Below, one piece after another: positions 1-9,889 of a DNA stretch of 64,000 nt; within the stretch, counting starts at the first letter, position 1, and every line of letters starts with the position of its first letter. The notes under the pieces were generated by a model. It saw only the letters and a list, made by a program, of their open reading frames with translations, made no database searches and was not told the DNA's origin. The position numbers and the translations under genes are program-made. The DNA comes from a virus. The stretch lies in IMG/VR virus record IMGVR_UViG_3300014205_000232, positions 675-64,674 of that record, one strand, 5' to 3'.

Positions 1-672
1 TTCTCCCCGCAGCAGCTTCGGGCCCAGATTAGTCGCCTTGCCAAGCTCAGGCAGGACATGACCATCCTAGCCAAGCAGAATGAGGCTATGCTGGCTCAGA
101 TGGCTGGTTTGGAGAAAGAGGAGAAGAAGGGCCTGGACCTCTTGAAGAAGGCCGCCGTAGAGATGAACACCAAGGGTAAGTTTGTGGCTGAGGCCGAGGA
201 TGCTCTGCTTGAGTTCACCGCTTTTTCTCAGGAGAAGACTCCTGGGATTGCGCAGATGATTGCCACGGACACCAAGGGCGAGGAAAAAGCGGGAGATCTT
301 TTCGGACGCATTTCAGCCAAGTTGGGTGCTGAGATTGCTGCTGCCGTGCAGGTCATCTACACTCAGTGCAGTGAGGATCTTACGCATACGGCAATGGCCA
401 TTAGGGGCCTGAAGGTCGTAGCCAAGACCAGCAGCCTGCATCCCCTCCTGGTCAAGAATGCAGGCTTGGCTGATACGGTAGTGGGCATCAAAACTTGGTT
501 GAGTGGTAAGGCCGATGCCGCCGCCGCCAAAATCCTTGGGTTTGTGGGCGACGTCACTCGGTGGTTCAAGGGGTTCCTGGAGCGCACCAAGATGGTCAAC
601 ACGGCGACGAAGGATCTGAAAGGCGCCCTGAAGGACGCCATGAGTCAGACCAACGCAATGCTCAAGGGCTAA
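1..672 (+). CDS. hypothetical protein, 5'-partial (open reading frame continues upstream of window); Ala/Lys-rich, coiled-coil-like
   Basis: ORF track 58..672 and the in-frame codons 1..57 contain no stop; the stop of this ORF overlaps the end of the convergent exonuclease gene. Confidence 0.45.
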   Translation, partial: FSPQQLRAQISRLAKLRQDMTILAKQNEAMLAQMAGLEKEEKKGLDLLKKAAVEMNTKGKFVAEAEDALLEFTAFSQEKTPGIAQMIATDTKGEEKAGDLFGRISAKLGAEIAAAVQVIYTQCSEDLTHTAMAIRGLKVVAKTSSLHPLLVKNAGLADTVVGIKTWLSGKADAAAAKILGFVGDVTRWFKGFLERTKMVNTATKDLKGALKDAMSQTNAMLKG

Positions 673-1241
673 CGGTTACGTAGTCTCCAGTAGAGACGCC
701 GCAACCATCCCGCCCGACGTAGTTTACGGTACACTGCCCTGCATGCGAGAGCCCCATTAAGGGCCTCATGCTGGGCAGGTTCCGGTGGCACTCGGAGAAA
801 ATGGCACACGTTTTTGAGACTCAAGCTGGTTAGTCCTAACCCCATGAGATGCTCATAAGCCAGGGCCACTACATCCACCTTGTGGTAGTCCAGTTTGACT
901 TTGACATCGTGACGAGCCAGGGTCGCATTGATGAAATCTAGGTCAAAAGAGACATTGTATCCGGCAAGAACACAGTCCCGCAAGGAAGCAGCAATCACTT
1001 CTGCCCCTTGCTTTTGAGTCAAAGTCTGGTACCCAGACCAGCGTTCTGGACTGTAGCCATTGACTTCCAAGGCTTTGGGGTCAGCGGTCTCAATGTGTTC
1101 GGGGTGCATTTTGAAAGACACACGGCCCTCGTGGGGAAAGACACAGGCAAACTCGATGATCTCATGTCGAGTCGGATCGAGCCCGGTGGTTTCCACGTCG
1201 AGGAAGACCAGCGTCTTGTTTTGGACAGAGGTGGGTTTCAT
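669..1241 (-). CDS. DEDDh 3'-5' exonuclease (DnaQ/epsilon-like)
   Basis: Motifs VFLDVETTGLDP (Exo I), YNVSFDLDFI (Exo II), HEALNGALACRAVY (Exo III with His). Start placed at internal Met (MKPTSV) preceded by AAGGAGA RBS. Upstream of that Met the ORF-track N-terminus looks non-coding. Confidence 0.8.
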   Translation of the reverse strand: MKPTSVQNKTLVFLDVETTGLDPTRHEIIEFACVFPHEGRVSFKMHPEHIETADPKALEVNGYSPERWSGYQTLTQKQGAEVIAASLRDCVLAGYNVSFDLDFINATLARHDVKVKLDYHKVDVVALAYEHLMGLGLTSLSLKNVCHFLRVPPEPAQHEALNGALACRAVYRKLRRAGWLRRLYWRLRNR

Positions 1242-1326
1242 TGTTCGATTCTCCTTCACGGACACTACCCTAAAAATACCCCGACGGATCCTTTTTTGAG
1301 TAGAGGTTTGCAACAGGAGACGAACC

Positions 1327-2031
1327 TTGAAGGTTAGCATTTACCCCGTCCCACGACCCTGGACTGATGCCCTGCTGAGCACCCCTGACGTGAATGGCTA
1401 TTCCCTAGCCGTCAAGTTGGAGAAGGCGCGTGTGGCCCTTGCCAGGGTGATTTCAGAGGCACAAACAGCACTGGCAGCCAACCCCCTAGCTCCGGTTGTG
1501 GCTCATCGGTTGGCACGGGAGAGATTGCTGGGCGGCGAAGCTCATCTGTCTTTTACACCCCTGGGTCACCTGGAGTTGCAAGTTCAGACAGAGGATCGCA
1601 AGTGGGGCAGTAACCTACTGCCCCTGGAGGAGTTGAGAGCAGAGGCTCGTCTGAGGGGATTAGATCCTGATGCCTATGGTCGATCCCGCCGAGCGTTGCA
1701 GAAAGCACTTCAAGAAGTTAGTGTTGAGAAAACTGAGACCCCAGAGGAGACCCAACCCATGTTTTACAAAACCGCCATCTCTGTAACCCCCGCTGAAGAG
1801 ATCCTTGTGGAAGTCGCCACGGAGGGTTCTCCCGTTCAGGAGGTTCTCGTTCCTGAGGCTCCCCCAGTGGAACCGACCACTATGGAGCTGTTGCCCGTCG
1901 CGGCGATGGGGGTGACCGCACCCCCAGAGCTGGTTCCGGCTCCTGTCCCGGTGAAGAAGAGTCGTCTACAGCAGTTGGCTGAAGAGGCAGAGACTCTGGA
2001 CCTGACCGACTTTTTGGGGTCCTTGAGCTGA
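1327..2031 (+). CDS. hypothetical protein, Pro/Glu/Val-rich C-terminus
   Basis: ORF track; apparent TTG start 6 nt after AGGAGA; divergent from exonuclease gene. Confidence 0.4.
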   Translation: MKVSIYPVPRPWTDALLSTPDVNGYSLAVKLEKARVALARVISEAQTALAANPLAPVVAHRLARERLLGGEAHLSFTPLGHLELQVQTEDRKWGSNLLPLEELRAEARLRGLDPDAYGRSRRALQKALQEVSVEKTETPEETQPMFYKTAISVTPAEEILVEVATEGSPVQEVLVPEAPPVEPTTMELLPVAAMGVTAPPELVPAPVPVKKSRLQQLAEEAETLDLTDFLGSLS

Positions 2032-2077
2032 TCGTTTGGGAGCCTATACCGTCACCCTCATGAGGGAGGGTGACGCA

Positions 2078-2392
2078 ATGGACCCCGAGTTCTGGGTGAC
2101 GACTGACGGTCAAAACATGTTGGCAGGGGTTGACGGCAATTTTGCCAATCCAATCCGTCTGACCGACGATTTCATCGTCGATTTTCTGCTTCACATCCCT
2201 AATGCAAGGGCCTCCCTAGAGCGTCTACTTCCCACCCTGTTGCCCGAGGAACAGGACCGGATCTCAGCTCTTTGGGAGTCAGTGCGATCTGGCTTTTTTG
2301 TTGACGCGGTCCAAGCATCGGACTGGTTTCAGACCTCGTTGACAACCAGTGGCATTTTTCGTGGGGGGGAATGGATCCCTCCCCGAACGTAG
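2078..2392 (+). CDS. hypothetical protein
   Basis: Internal ATG (MDPEFW) preceded by GGGAGGG RBS; the RBS lies in the 3' arm of a hairpin (gtcaccctc...gagggtgac). Confidence 0.4.
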   Translation: MDPEFWVTTDGQNMLAGVDGNFANPIRLTDDFIVDFLLHIPNARASLERLLPTLLPEEQDRISALWESVRSGFFVDAVQASDWFQTSLTTSGIFRGGEWIPPRT

Positions 2393-2404
2393 GGGGAGGG
2401 GGCA

Positions 2405-2707
2405 ATGTCTGAGAAACCTACCACGTCCAAGAAATTTGTTGCCTACCTGGTGGCGGAACTGACCTGGAAAATCCTGGCGGGTCTGGTTCTCTTCTGGGGT
2501 AAGGACTCCATCCCTTTTCAGGTGTGGGGTATCCTGTTGGCTATCATCCTTGTGGCCGGTTTTGTCGAGGTGGGCTACATTGTAGGTCAGTCCGCTTTGG
2601 ACAAGTATGTGCGTGTGGCTAAGATTGCCGCCGACGCTGGGCAGAAGGTGACCATGAAGGGGGTGACCATGGAACCTCCCCCCGTACAAAAGGAGACCCC
2701 TAAATGA
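2405..2707 (+). CDS. small membrane protein (2 predicted TM helices)
   Basis: Hydrophobic stretches WKILAGLVLFWG and WGILLAIILVAGFVEVGYIVG; stop overlaps next start (ATGA). Confidence 0.5.
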   Translation: MSEKPTTSKKFVAYLVAELTWKILAGLVLFWGKDSIPFQVWGILLAIILVAGFVEVGYIVGQSALDKYVRVAKIAADAGQKVTMKGVTMEPPPVQKETPK

Positions 2708-3108
2708 CAGCGTTTTTTCTGTCCCTGTGGACCAAAATCAAACCCTCGCTGATTTGGATTGCTCTGCTGGCCTTGGTTGGGAGTCTCCTTCTGTTCTATC
2801 GGGCCAAGGCCGACAGGTTGGAAACGGAACTGGTACAGGTTGAGGCCACTTTGACACGGGTGAAAGAATCGGCCACCCGTGACCTCATTGTGCTACAAGG
2901 CAAAAAGGACGCCGATGCCAAAGTCGCCTCGGCCGAGATCGAGTCTTTGAAAGCCACTGCCATTGCCGATGCAACTCGGATGCGTCTGATCCTTGCTCGT
3001 GATCAAATGCTCGCTCAGGTGCAGGCAGAGAGAAAAGACATTGAGAATGCCTCTGATCAGGAGTTGATTGATATGATCAACAAATGGATTGAGGACGGTG
3101 TCCTATGA
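2704..3108 (+). CDS. membrane-anchored coiled-coil protein (N-terminal TM helix)
   Basis: N-terminal TM LIWIALLALVGSLLLFY followed by charged coiled-coil; ATGA overlaps with both neighbours. Confidence 0.5.
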   Translation: MTAFFLSLWTKIKPSLIWIALLALVGSLLLFYRAKADRLETELVQVEATLTRVKESATRDLIVLQGKKDADAKVASAEIESLKATAIADATRMRLILARDQMLAQVQAERKDIENASDQELIDMINKWIEDGVL

Positions 3109-3587
3109 AGGTTCTAGCACTCGTCCTGTTATTGCTTGTCCCCTCGATTTCAAGGGGTGCGGAACCTGTTCCCGTAGTTGAGGTGACAGCTCCCGTGATT
3201 CCCCCCAAGGTCTACGTTACGATCTTGAACACTGGGGACCCGGCGCCTCACTATGGGGCTTTAACCACGATGACCAATATCCGCAAGTTGATGGATGCCT
3301 ATGCAGCTATCAATGGTGTTCGGTTTGAGCTGGAGACAGAGCAAAATATGAGAGCAGCTGACAAGGTGGAGGCCGCCTCCAAGCTAAAAAGCAAAGAGGA
3401 CCAGTTTGTAGCAAGCGAGGAAAAAGCTGCCCTCATCGAGGTTGCTCGTCAGGAGTGTGAGATCCGGGCTAAGACCCCTGTTGTAATTGAAAAACAACTG
3501 GACTTTTTTGAGACCCCTGCCTTCTTGATCCCCACATCTTTTGTACTTGGTACAGTGCTGGGTGTCATTTTGGCAAAGAACCTTTGA
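3105..3587 (+). CDS. exported protein with signal peptide and C-terminal TM anchor
   Basis: MKVLALVLLLLVPSISRGA signal-like N-terminus; C-terminal hydrophobic AFLIPTSFVLGTVLGVILA. Confidence 0.5.
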   Translation: MKVLALVLLLLVPSISRGAEPVPVVEVTAPVIPPKVYVTILNTGDPAPHYGALTTMTNIRKLMDAYAAINGVRFELETEQNMRAADKVEAASKLKSKEDQFVASEEKAALIEVARQECEIRAKTPVVIEKQLDFFETPAFLIPTSFVLGTVLGVILAKNL

Positions 3588-3601
3588 TCTGAGGAGTTCC
3601 T

Positions 3602-3970
3602 ATGAACCATTACTTGAATATGAGGGGCCTCGAGGCATCTGCTAGAGCAGACCTTGAGGCTGATGCTCTCTATCATGAGGAGTTGGCACGCAAGGAGGAG
3701 GATGCCGCCAAGGCGCTAGCGGAGTCTTTGGTTGTGGCCCTTGTTCCTGCGGAAACTCCCCCCGAGATCCTGAACGACGTTGCCGCAATAGAAGAGGTTG
3801 CTCCTATTGCAGAGGTTGTCACAGAGGTGGAGCTGCCCGAAGCTACTGTCCCTGAGATTCAGGCCGTAATCCTGGATGCTCCTGAGGAAGATGAGTTGCT
3901 GGTAGAGGAACTGCTGGCGGCCCCTCCTGAGGAGAAAAAGAAGACCCCTCGAAAGAACAAAAAGTCCTAG
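3602..3970 (+). CDS. acidic hypothetical protein with basic C-terminal tail
   Basis: ORF track; GAGG RBS region upstream; Glu/Ala/Val-rich composition. Confidence 0.4.
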   Translation: MNHYLNMRGLEASARADLEADALYHEELARKEEDAAKALAESLVVALVPAETPPEILNDVAAIEEVAPIAEVVTEVELPEATVPEIQAVILDAPEEDELLVEELLAAPPEEKKKTPRKNKKS

Positions 3971-3971
3971 G

Positions 3972-4469
3972 ATGGAACCTCCCGTTTTAGAGACCATGCA
4001 GGTGATCAAGTACATTCCAGAGAAGATGTACGGATTCCTTTTGGATCAAGAAAGCAGGGAGGTTTTTTTTCATCTTCGTATTTTTCATCCCCGGGGTGGT
4101 TGGATGACTCGACCCGAGCAATGTGCCGCGTGTCCCCCTGGGACATGCCCATGGCCAGAGTCCCAACCACCTCCCATTCTCGGTGAAAAAGTTTCTGTGG
4201 AGAAGACACGGGATACGGATCGATTACGAGCACGCAACGTGTACCGTTTAACGGCACCCATAGCGGTGCTGGGTGTGGTAGAGACTTTTGACCCCGTTCG
4301 GGGTTATGGTTTCATTTGTGGCAATGACGGTAACTCGTACCACTTACACCGCAGTGAAGTGTTGGAGGGGCGAATGCCTCTTCCAGGACATCAGGTCTTT
4401 TTCCATGCTGGGATGAGACAACAGAAACCTCGAGCTTGCAACGTCAAAATCTGTAAGGATCACACATGA
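3972..4469 (+). CDS. protein with two cold-shock-domain-like (OB-fold) modules
   Basis: VIKYIPEKMYGFLLDQESREVFFHL and GVVETFDPVRGYGFICGNDGNSYHLHRSEV resemble the CSD core (KGxVKWFN..GFGFI...VFvH). Confidence 0.5.
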   Translation: MEPPVLETMQVIKYIPEKMYGFLLDQESREVFFHLRIFHPRGGWMTRPEQCAACPPGTCPWPESQPPPILGEKVSVEKTRDTDRLRARNVYRLTAPIAVLGVVETFDPVRGYGFICGNDGNSYHLHRSEVLEGRMPLPGHQVFFHAGMRQQKPRACNVKICKDHT

Positions 4470-5053
4470 GTCGCAAAAACAAGTTGGGGGGTGGGAATCC
4501 CAATAGCTTGTACGTCCCAATCACTGAGGATGAGCAGGAAGTTCTTCAGCGAATTGTGGACTCCCAAACGCTACGCATCACAGTTTACCCCTGGAAAATC
4601 ATGGTCATCCCTACCTGGGTTGGTGTAGGGGACAAGAGGTTGGCTCTCAAGTTCGAGATCCCTTTCACTGAAGTGACGAAACCCACTGTAGTACGGAGTA
4701 TGGACCTTGAGTTGACGGCTTATACTGGGGTCAAACTGATTCGCAAGCCCTACCCCACTTTTCTATCCGATGGGACACCACTGGTGGTTGACTCGGATCT
4801 GATTTTGAGTCTGCAGTGGGATGTGGCAATCGATCACTTGGACCCGGCTCTGGTGAAGATGGTGAAGCCTGGGACCCTTGGTTTGACCTCCCGGAGACTT
4901 GATCCCGTGACCGGGGCCCGAACCCTGATGGGAAACATGCGGTACAAGGACGGAGAACGTCGGGGCCTCCTTCGTTTTCTCGAGGAGGGGGAGAGAAAAG
5001 TGCAAGAACTCTCCCTTCAGGACTTGAAGAAAGCAGAGTCAAGGAAGGACTGA
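4466..5053 (+). CDS. hypothetical protein
   Basis: ORF track; ATGA overlap with upstream gene. Confidence 0.45.
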   Translation: MSRKNKLGGGNPNSLYVPITEDEQEVLQRIVDSQTLRITVYPWKIMVIPTWVGVGDKRLALKFEIPFTEVTKPTVVRSMDLELTAYTGVKLIRKPYPTFLSDGTPLVVDSDLILSLQWDVAIDHLDPALVKMVKPGTLGLTSRRLDPVTGARTLMGNMRYKDGERRGLLRFLEEGERKVQELSLQDLKKAESRKD

Positions 5054-5054
5054 C

Positions 5055-5462
5055 ATGAATCGAATTGCCAACAGACGATATGCGGCTCTCCTCAAAGGCT
5101 TGGCTATGAGGCACACGGCACGTTTGTCTCTGTTGGACCCGCTATTCAATATCAGGGAGATCCTCAAGCAAATGGTTTTGCTTGAGGATCACTTAACACA
5201 TGCGTACAAGTTTTGTCCTGATTGCATCCGAAAACATCTTTTGACGATCGAAGCTTTCGGGGATGAGGGCGTGACTTTAGACACCCCCCAGGGTCACTAT
5301 CGGAAAATGCTGACGGCGTTGGCGGAGAAGGCTCGAGTGTGGATGGAGTCTTTTCACGACCAAGTGGACCCAGCACAAATTGCTCTGGATGTCAGGAAGA
5401 TTCGCAAGATGTTAGCCCCGGCGGCTTCCGACCCGAGGGCTCCTTCCGAACGCTCCCGTTAA
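5055..5462 (+). CDS. hypothetical protein
   Basis: ORF track; tightly packed after previous stop. Confidence 0.45.
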   Translation: MNRIANRRYAALLKGLAMRHTARLSLLDPLFNIREILKQMVLLEDHLTHAYKFCPDCIRKHLLTIEAFGDEGVTLDTPQGHYRKMLTALAEKARVWMESFHDQVDPAQIALDVRKIRKMLAPAASDPRAPSERSR

Positions 5463-5522
5463 TCGATTGTGCCCCGGGTCTTTTTGGGTAGTATGGCAGG
5501 GTCCATACTGGAGGAGACGACT

Positions 5523-6083
5523 ATGAGTTTTGATCTGACCGGGGGTCAGTTGGAAGTGATTGTGGGCTGCATGTACAGCGGGAAGAGCGAAGAGTTGATT
5601 CGACGCCTTCGCCGAGCACGTATTGCGAAACGCAATGTCTTCGTGGTGAGGCCTGAAATCGACACTCGTTCTAAGGGAGTCTTGGCCTCCCATGCTAAGA
5701 GTGAGTTTCCAGCTCTTGAACTAAAAACGGCCTCTGAGATTCTAACCTCTCTGCCTGTAGATGCCGAGGTGGTCGGGATCGATGAGGCTCAGTTTTTTGG
5801 CTCCGAGTTGATTGATGTTTGTTACCACCTGCTATCTCAAAACGTTCGAGTGATCGTTGCCGGATTGGAGTTGGACTACAAGGCTCGTGCTTTTGGGCCT
5901 ATGCCTTTCCTCATGGCCTTGTCCGACCGGGTGGATAAGTTGACGGCCATCTGCACCGTTTGTGGGGGTACCGCAACACGTTCTTGCCGGTTGACCCCAT
6001 CACACGACCTGATTCAGATCGGGGCACAGGGGGCCTATGAAGCCCGGTGTCACGAGCATTTTTCCATCCCTGAGGAGGGCTGA
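5523..6083 (+). CDS. tdk: thymidine kinase (TK1 family)
   Basis: P-loop GCMYSGKSEEL, DEAQFF, C-terminal zinc ribbon CTVCG...C; start moved to Met19 preceded by GGAGGAG. Confidence 0.85.
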   Translation: MSFDLTGGQLEVIVGCMYSGKSEELIRRLRRARIAKRNVFVVRPEIDTRSKGVLASHAKSEFPALELKTASEILTSLPVDAEVVGIDEAQFFGSELIDVCYHLLSQNVRVIVAGLELDYKARAFGPMPFLMALSDRVDKLTAICTVCGGTATRSCRLTPSHDLIQIGAQGAYEARCHEHFSIPEEG

Positions 6084-6085
6084 AA

Positions 6086-6277
6086 ATGCCCATGTATGAA
6101 TTCAAGTGCAAAAAGTGCGGTCACGTTTTTGAGCGTCTTCAAGCCATGGTCGACCCATGCCCCAAGTGTCCGCAAGCAACACCGGACCCCTGTGAGGGGG
6201 AGACGGTGAAATTGTTGAGCCTTGGTTCCTTCCAATTGCGTGGTGGTGGTTGGGCTGCTGATGGGTACTCAAAATAG
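6086..6277 (+). CDS. FmdB-family zinc-ribbon protein
   Basis: MPMYEFKCKKCGHVFE...CPKCP, typical FmdB N-terminus and two CxxC pairs. Confidence 0.7.
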   Translation: MPMYEFKCKKCGHVFERLQAMVDPCPKCPQATPDPCEGETVKLLSLGSFQLRGGGWAADGYSK

Positions 6278-6281
6278 GAAG

Positions 6282-6310
6282 GATCATGCGTCCCCTGGCA
6301 CGAGTAGTGG
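6282..6310 (+). promoter_or_regulatory. conserved bipartite promoter-like motif (gatcatgcg N11 gagtagtgg)
   Basis: Box A and box B spacing and position upstream of RBS and ATG match the family consensus. Confidence 0.5.
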
Positions 6311-6328
6311 TAGGAGACGGAGGTCCTT

Positions 6329-7747
6329 ATGGACGTACTCATCGCGGGCGGAGCAAAGTCCCTAGTGTATGGGAACTTTGCTCGCAAGCTCGCAAAACAT
6401 GACATCAAGGTGGGATGGTACGTCTCACGCCAGGACGGGGCTTCGTTTAAGGGCATCCCCTCAGGGTGTGAGGGGGTGATCATCATCCGAGATCTGATCA
6501 GTCATTCCTTGTTTCACAAGATTTATCTTGGAGCCAAGGACGCCAACGTTCCTTTTGCTGCCGTCCCACGGAAATGGAGCCAAGCGTTTCCAGTTCTGAA
6601 ACTCCAGAACTTCATTGCTACCGCTCCCCCCATCAAAAACCCCCCCACAGCAGTGTCCTCCTCGGACGACGCTGTTTTTCAGTGTGCCCTCAAAGCTGAG
6701 CAAGAGAATAGGACCCCCTCGTTGGGGGAGGTGTATTCTTACGTTCGCTCCGTGACGGGTTCCATTGAAGGTGTAACTCAGTCCGCCATCCAAATGGCTT
6801 TGTCTAAAGTACGGGCTTTGCTGCCCTCCGACTCGACCTCATCCCTAGACACTTTGGAAGTAAGTGACGACATGCCGACACCAGATTACATGACGCTCAT
6901 GGAGAAACTGGCCATTGAGAACCCCGAGATCTTGAACAATCCCGATCTCTTGACCAAGAAACTCACACGGGACACGGTTATGAGCCCCGTCGCGGTGAGG
7001 GTCATGACCCCCAAACTGACAGCCCAGTTCTTGCAGCTTCTACGGAAGAACCCCAATGTTCGGGACCGCGTCATGCGTCCGTACTACATTCGTTGGTTCA
7101 AGACTCTGTCCCTGGACATGAAGCCCAAGGAGTGGGCTTCATTGACGACGATGTCATCCCAAGGGAAGAAGGTTTTCAAGGTCTCTCCTCTCCATGAGAC
7201 TCTGGCAAATGCCCGAGCTGAGGTCTTCGGGGAGTGGGCTCGGAAGTTGGATCGCAGGACGGAGTCGCACCAATATCTCAGGAGCGTCCGTCCTGATCTG
7301 AGCTTGGATCAGCTTCTGAAGGAGGGCAAGGTCAAGGGCTTCCCCGCTGGAAGGCGGAAGTTGACCTCCCCGGTTGCGGTGAGAGAGTACCTGGAGACCC
7401 TCGCTATGGAACAGAGTCCCCCCGCTGTCATCCCAAGCATTCCCACCACCCCCGCAGAACCTGTTGTTGTCAAGGTGACACCGACCGTAGAACCCGTTGT
7501 TGTCAAGGTGGTCCCGACAACCTCCGCCGATGACATGATCGCCATGGCGAGTATGATTGTTGACCAGGTACGGGAATTGGTGCTTCCCCTTAAGGCCCAA
7601 CTGGTTAAGATGCAGGCGGACCTGGATCGGATCTCTTGGGATCTGGAAAGGTTGAACAACCAACCTACCCCGACAGTCCCGACAACCTCCAACGATCTCA
7701 ACGGCTTCACCGTTACCGTGAGCATGAATCCGAAACAGGGGTCGTAA
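6329..7747 (+). CDS. hypothetical protein with N-terminal Rossmann-like region and internal tandem peptide repeat
   Basis: ORF track; promoter motif plus GGAGACGGAGG RBS upstream; coding 33-bp-like repeat EPVVVKVTPTV/EPVVVKVVPTT near 7455-7520; terminator follows. Confidence 0.55.
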   Translation: MDVLIAGGAKSLVYGNFARKLAKHDIKVGWYVSRQDGASFKGIPSGCEGVIIIRDLISHSLFHKIYLGAKDANVPFAAVPRKWSQAFPVLKLQNFIATAPPIKNPPTAVSSSDDAVFQCALKAEQENRTPSLGEVYSYVRSVTGSIEGVTQSAIQMALSKVRALLPSDSTSSLDTLEVSDDMPTPDYMTLMEKLAIENPEILNNPDLLTKKLTRDTVMSPVAVRVMTPKLTAQFLQLLRKNPNVRDRVMRPYYIRWFKTLSLDMKPKEWASLTTMSSQGKKVFKVSPLHETLANARAEVFGEWARKLDRRTESHQYLRSVRPDLSLDQLLKEGKVKGFPAGRRKLTSPVAVREYLETLAMEQSPPAVIPSIPTTPAEPVVVKVTPTVEPVVVKVVPTTSADDMIAMASMIVDQVRELVLPLKAQLVKMQADLDRISWDLERLNNQPTPTVPTTSNDLNGFTVTVSMNPKQGS

Positions 7748-7778
7748 CCCCCGGTTGAAAAAGAAACCCCCAAAGAAA

Positions 7779-7806
7779 AAGGCAGCCATGAGAGCTGCCT
7801 TTTTCT
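7779..7806 (+). terminator. rho-independent terminator
   Basis: aggcagcc-atgaga-gctgcct followed by ttttc. Confidence 0.6.
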
Positions 7807-8022
7807 TTGGTTAAGAGGGGCCTAGTTCCGTGCCAAAGACGCTCTGCGTTAGGAGTCTGGCCCCGGGATTAACGCGGGCTGGTTTTAGATGCTTGTTAGA
7901 TCCCTGTGCGCGGAGGACCCGGCGGTCTTTTTTGACGTTCTCTTTTTGCTCCCCCGCGAGAGCCAAAAGACGCGAGAAAAAGGGTTCCTCCAGCAGATGT
8001 CGATCCCCCCGATTGGATCGGG

Positions 8023-8724
8023 TTAAAGGGTCCTCCTGTGCATGTCCAAGAACAGGTCCGGCGGACTCAGATTCTGGATGCGTGCTGCAATAGCTTCGAT
8101 GGAAGAAGCCCGTGCCTCTGGGGTGTCCCGATCCTCATCCCAGGGCATGTCATAGACTACGACCCCCTGTTGCTTGAGTACCCCGACCATGTGATCGATC
8201 TCTCCGTCCAGTCCCCTCAGGTAGTCAAGGGACACGGCGGTCTCACACGTTCTACCGGTCTCTTTTTCCATTCTCTTCATGATACGACGCTGGGCCACCT
8301 CGGGTGAAACCAAAACCCGGAGGCAAACTGTGGGTAGAAGGACCGATGCGGTCATGGCATGATACAGAGTCTGGTAGGTATCAAACTCACGTTGGGACAT
8401 GAGCCCGTTTTTTAGTTGTAAACGGGCAAAAGCTGTGTCACCAAAGTAACTGCGATCCAAGACAGCATGCCCCTCACCCTGCAAAGCATGCCATTGGGCA
8501 TGTAAGTGCATGCGATAACGCATGGATAGCAAATGGGCTTGCATCGTGAAGGACCATCGTGAAGGATCCCGATAGTACTCTCCTAGGTAGGGATTGGCAT
8601 CATTTTTCTCATCCGGTTCTACCAGGACAAGGGTGCTGGCACCCAAAGCGGCCCCAAGTTCTCGGGTCAATGTGGTTTTTCCGCCCGAGATCAGACCTTC
8701 CACGATGACAACTTTTTTCTTCAC
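8023..8724 (-). CDS. deoxynucleoside kinase (dCK/dGK/dNK family)
   Basis: VVIVEGLISGGKTTL P-loop, LDRSYFGD (ERS-like) motif, RxxxR region; a + strand ORF covers the same span (7830..8093, 8038..8307), rejected as antisense. Confidence 0.8.
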   Translation of the reverse strand: MKKKVVIVEGLISGGKTTLTRELGAALGASTLVLVEPDEKNDANPYLGEYYRDPSRWSFTMQAHLLSMRYRMHLHAQWHALQGEGHAVLDRSYFGDTAFARLQLKNGLMSQREFDTYQTLYHAMTASVLLPTVCLRVLVSPEVAQRRIMKRMEKETGRTCETAVSLDYLRGLDGEIDHMVGVLKQQGVVVYDMPWDEDRDTPEARASSIEAIAARIQNLSPPDLFLDMHRRTL

Positions 8725-8833
8725 AAGGACTCCTGAGGAGAGGGATTTTGAACGTTACCCCATAACCCGACCCCGGTGTTGAAAATAGGGTCGGCCCCGG
8801 TCGAAAAGTTGAGTAGTTCAAGCCGGAGGTTTC

Positions 8834-9844
8834 ATGTTCTACAGCCGTGCTCTTCTTCCCCTTGTCGTCAATCCCGTGACGTACACGCACCTACGAGTTG
8901 TTCGAGACTTGGTTCCTAATTGTGGGTCCCTTTTCATCCTCGTACATGAGGACACCACCGAGGTGAGTCTGATCCCTTTTCCGGTTCGGGTCACCATGTT
9001 GGAACGGGCCATTGCTCAAGATACTACCTTGGACCCCTATCGAGCACGGATTCAAGTGCTCTCAAGTGCAGAACTGATTCCTGATGTGGCTCTGAGACTC
9101 GGTTGCGATGTGGTGTGGGGAGGTGATCGGCCTGCCTTGGAGGAGCGCCATCTGAGTGGTGGCGCTTACCACATGTTCAAACGGGAGAACCTGTACAAGT
9201 GGGAGGACAAGTCACAGACCGTGCTTCTTTTTGCCAAGAGGCACATGGGGACTTCCGCACTGACCCCCATGTTTGTGCAATCCTACCTGGGACGGCTATT
9301 ACATCAGCAGATGCTCATGGGCGTTTTCTTTCCCCCGGGTGGGTCTGCCTCAGTTGTGGAGGCAAAGAAGAAGCTCACGTCAGCCCTCGCCTTGGCATTC
9401 AAGACAGCAAAGAGAGGGAAGCACAAGTTTTCGGCCCCACCTTTTCATTTTCTGGACATGGCGGATTACCCTCATCGTTTGATGCATGAGAACTGCCACG
9501 GGTATGAGGCCTTCGTTGCTCAGCTGGAAAAGAAGGAGGCTCAGTACGCTGGGAAGACTTTCCTTTGGTGGAGGGCTCAGAAAGACCGCCTCCTCCGTCA
9601 AGACCTTGACGGAAAAATGGGACTCATCCTGGTTGGGTTGGACGATGTGGACTTCGCTCCCGTTGTGAATAACAACCTGTTGGTTCTGGACGTAGAGGGT
9701 GAAACACCCTTTTCCCAGCTGGGGCTGTTAGAACAATCGGTCAAGTTTCACCAGTACGGCAAAATCCTACACGAGGTGTTGACCTCTGGGACTGATTACA
9801 AGGCGGTAGCTCAGCGCATTCTAACGGAGATGTCTCAAGGGTGA
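8834..9844 (+). CDS. hypothetical protein
   Basis: ORF track; box-B promoter element and GGAGG RBS upstream. Confidence 0.5.
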   Translation: MFYSRALLPLVVNPVTYTHLRVVRDLVPNCGSLFILVHEDTTEVSLIPFPVRVTMLERAIAQDTTLDPYRARIQVLSSAELIPDVALRLGCDVVWGGDRPALEERHLSGGAYHMFKRENLYKWEDKSQTVLLFAKRHMGTSALTPMFVQSYLGRLLHQQMLMGVFFPPGGSASVVEAKKKLTSALALAFKTAKRGKHKFSAPPFHFLDMADYPHRLMHENCHGYEAFVAQLEKKEAQYAGKTFLWWRAQKDRLLRQDLDGKMGLILVGLDDVDFAPVVNNNLLVLDVEGETPFSQLGLLEQSVKFHQYGKILHEVLTSGTDYKAVAQRILTEMSQG

Positions 9845-9845
9845 T

Positions 9846-9875
9846 GGATCATCCGGTGGTGTTTTTGAGTAGCTG
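9846..9875 (+). promoter_or_regulatory. promoter-like motif (ggatcatcc N12 gagtagctg)
   Basis: Directly after the upstream TGA; followed by GGAGG and ATG. Confidence 0.5.
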
Positions 9876-9889
9876 CCTTGGAGGTAACC

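Noticed and set aside
2405-3587. Three overlapping membrane-protein genes as a holin/spanin lysis cassette
   Set aside because: Topologies are compatible with a holin plus i-spanin, but the third protein lacks a lipobox Cys and the endolysin is 40 kb away. Kept as generic membrane proteins.
7154-7789. Minus-strand ORFs (211 and 154 aa) overlapping the end of 6329..7747
   Set aside because: Antisense to a promoter-driven + strand gene and overlapping its terminator; Gly/Arg-rich junk-like sequence.
7810-8022. 213-nt non-coding gap between convergent genes as a possible second ncRNA
   Set aside because: It contains the + strand terminator and GC-rich palindromes (ccccggg, ggacccggcgg), but no promoter motif and no clear closing helix. 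Probably just convergent terminator space. Not excluded.
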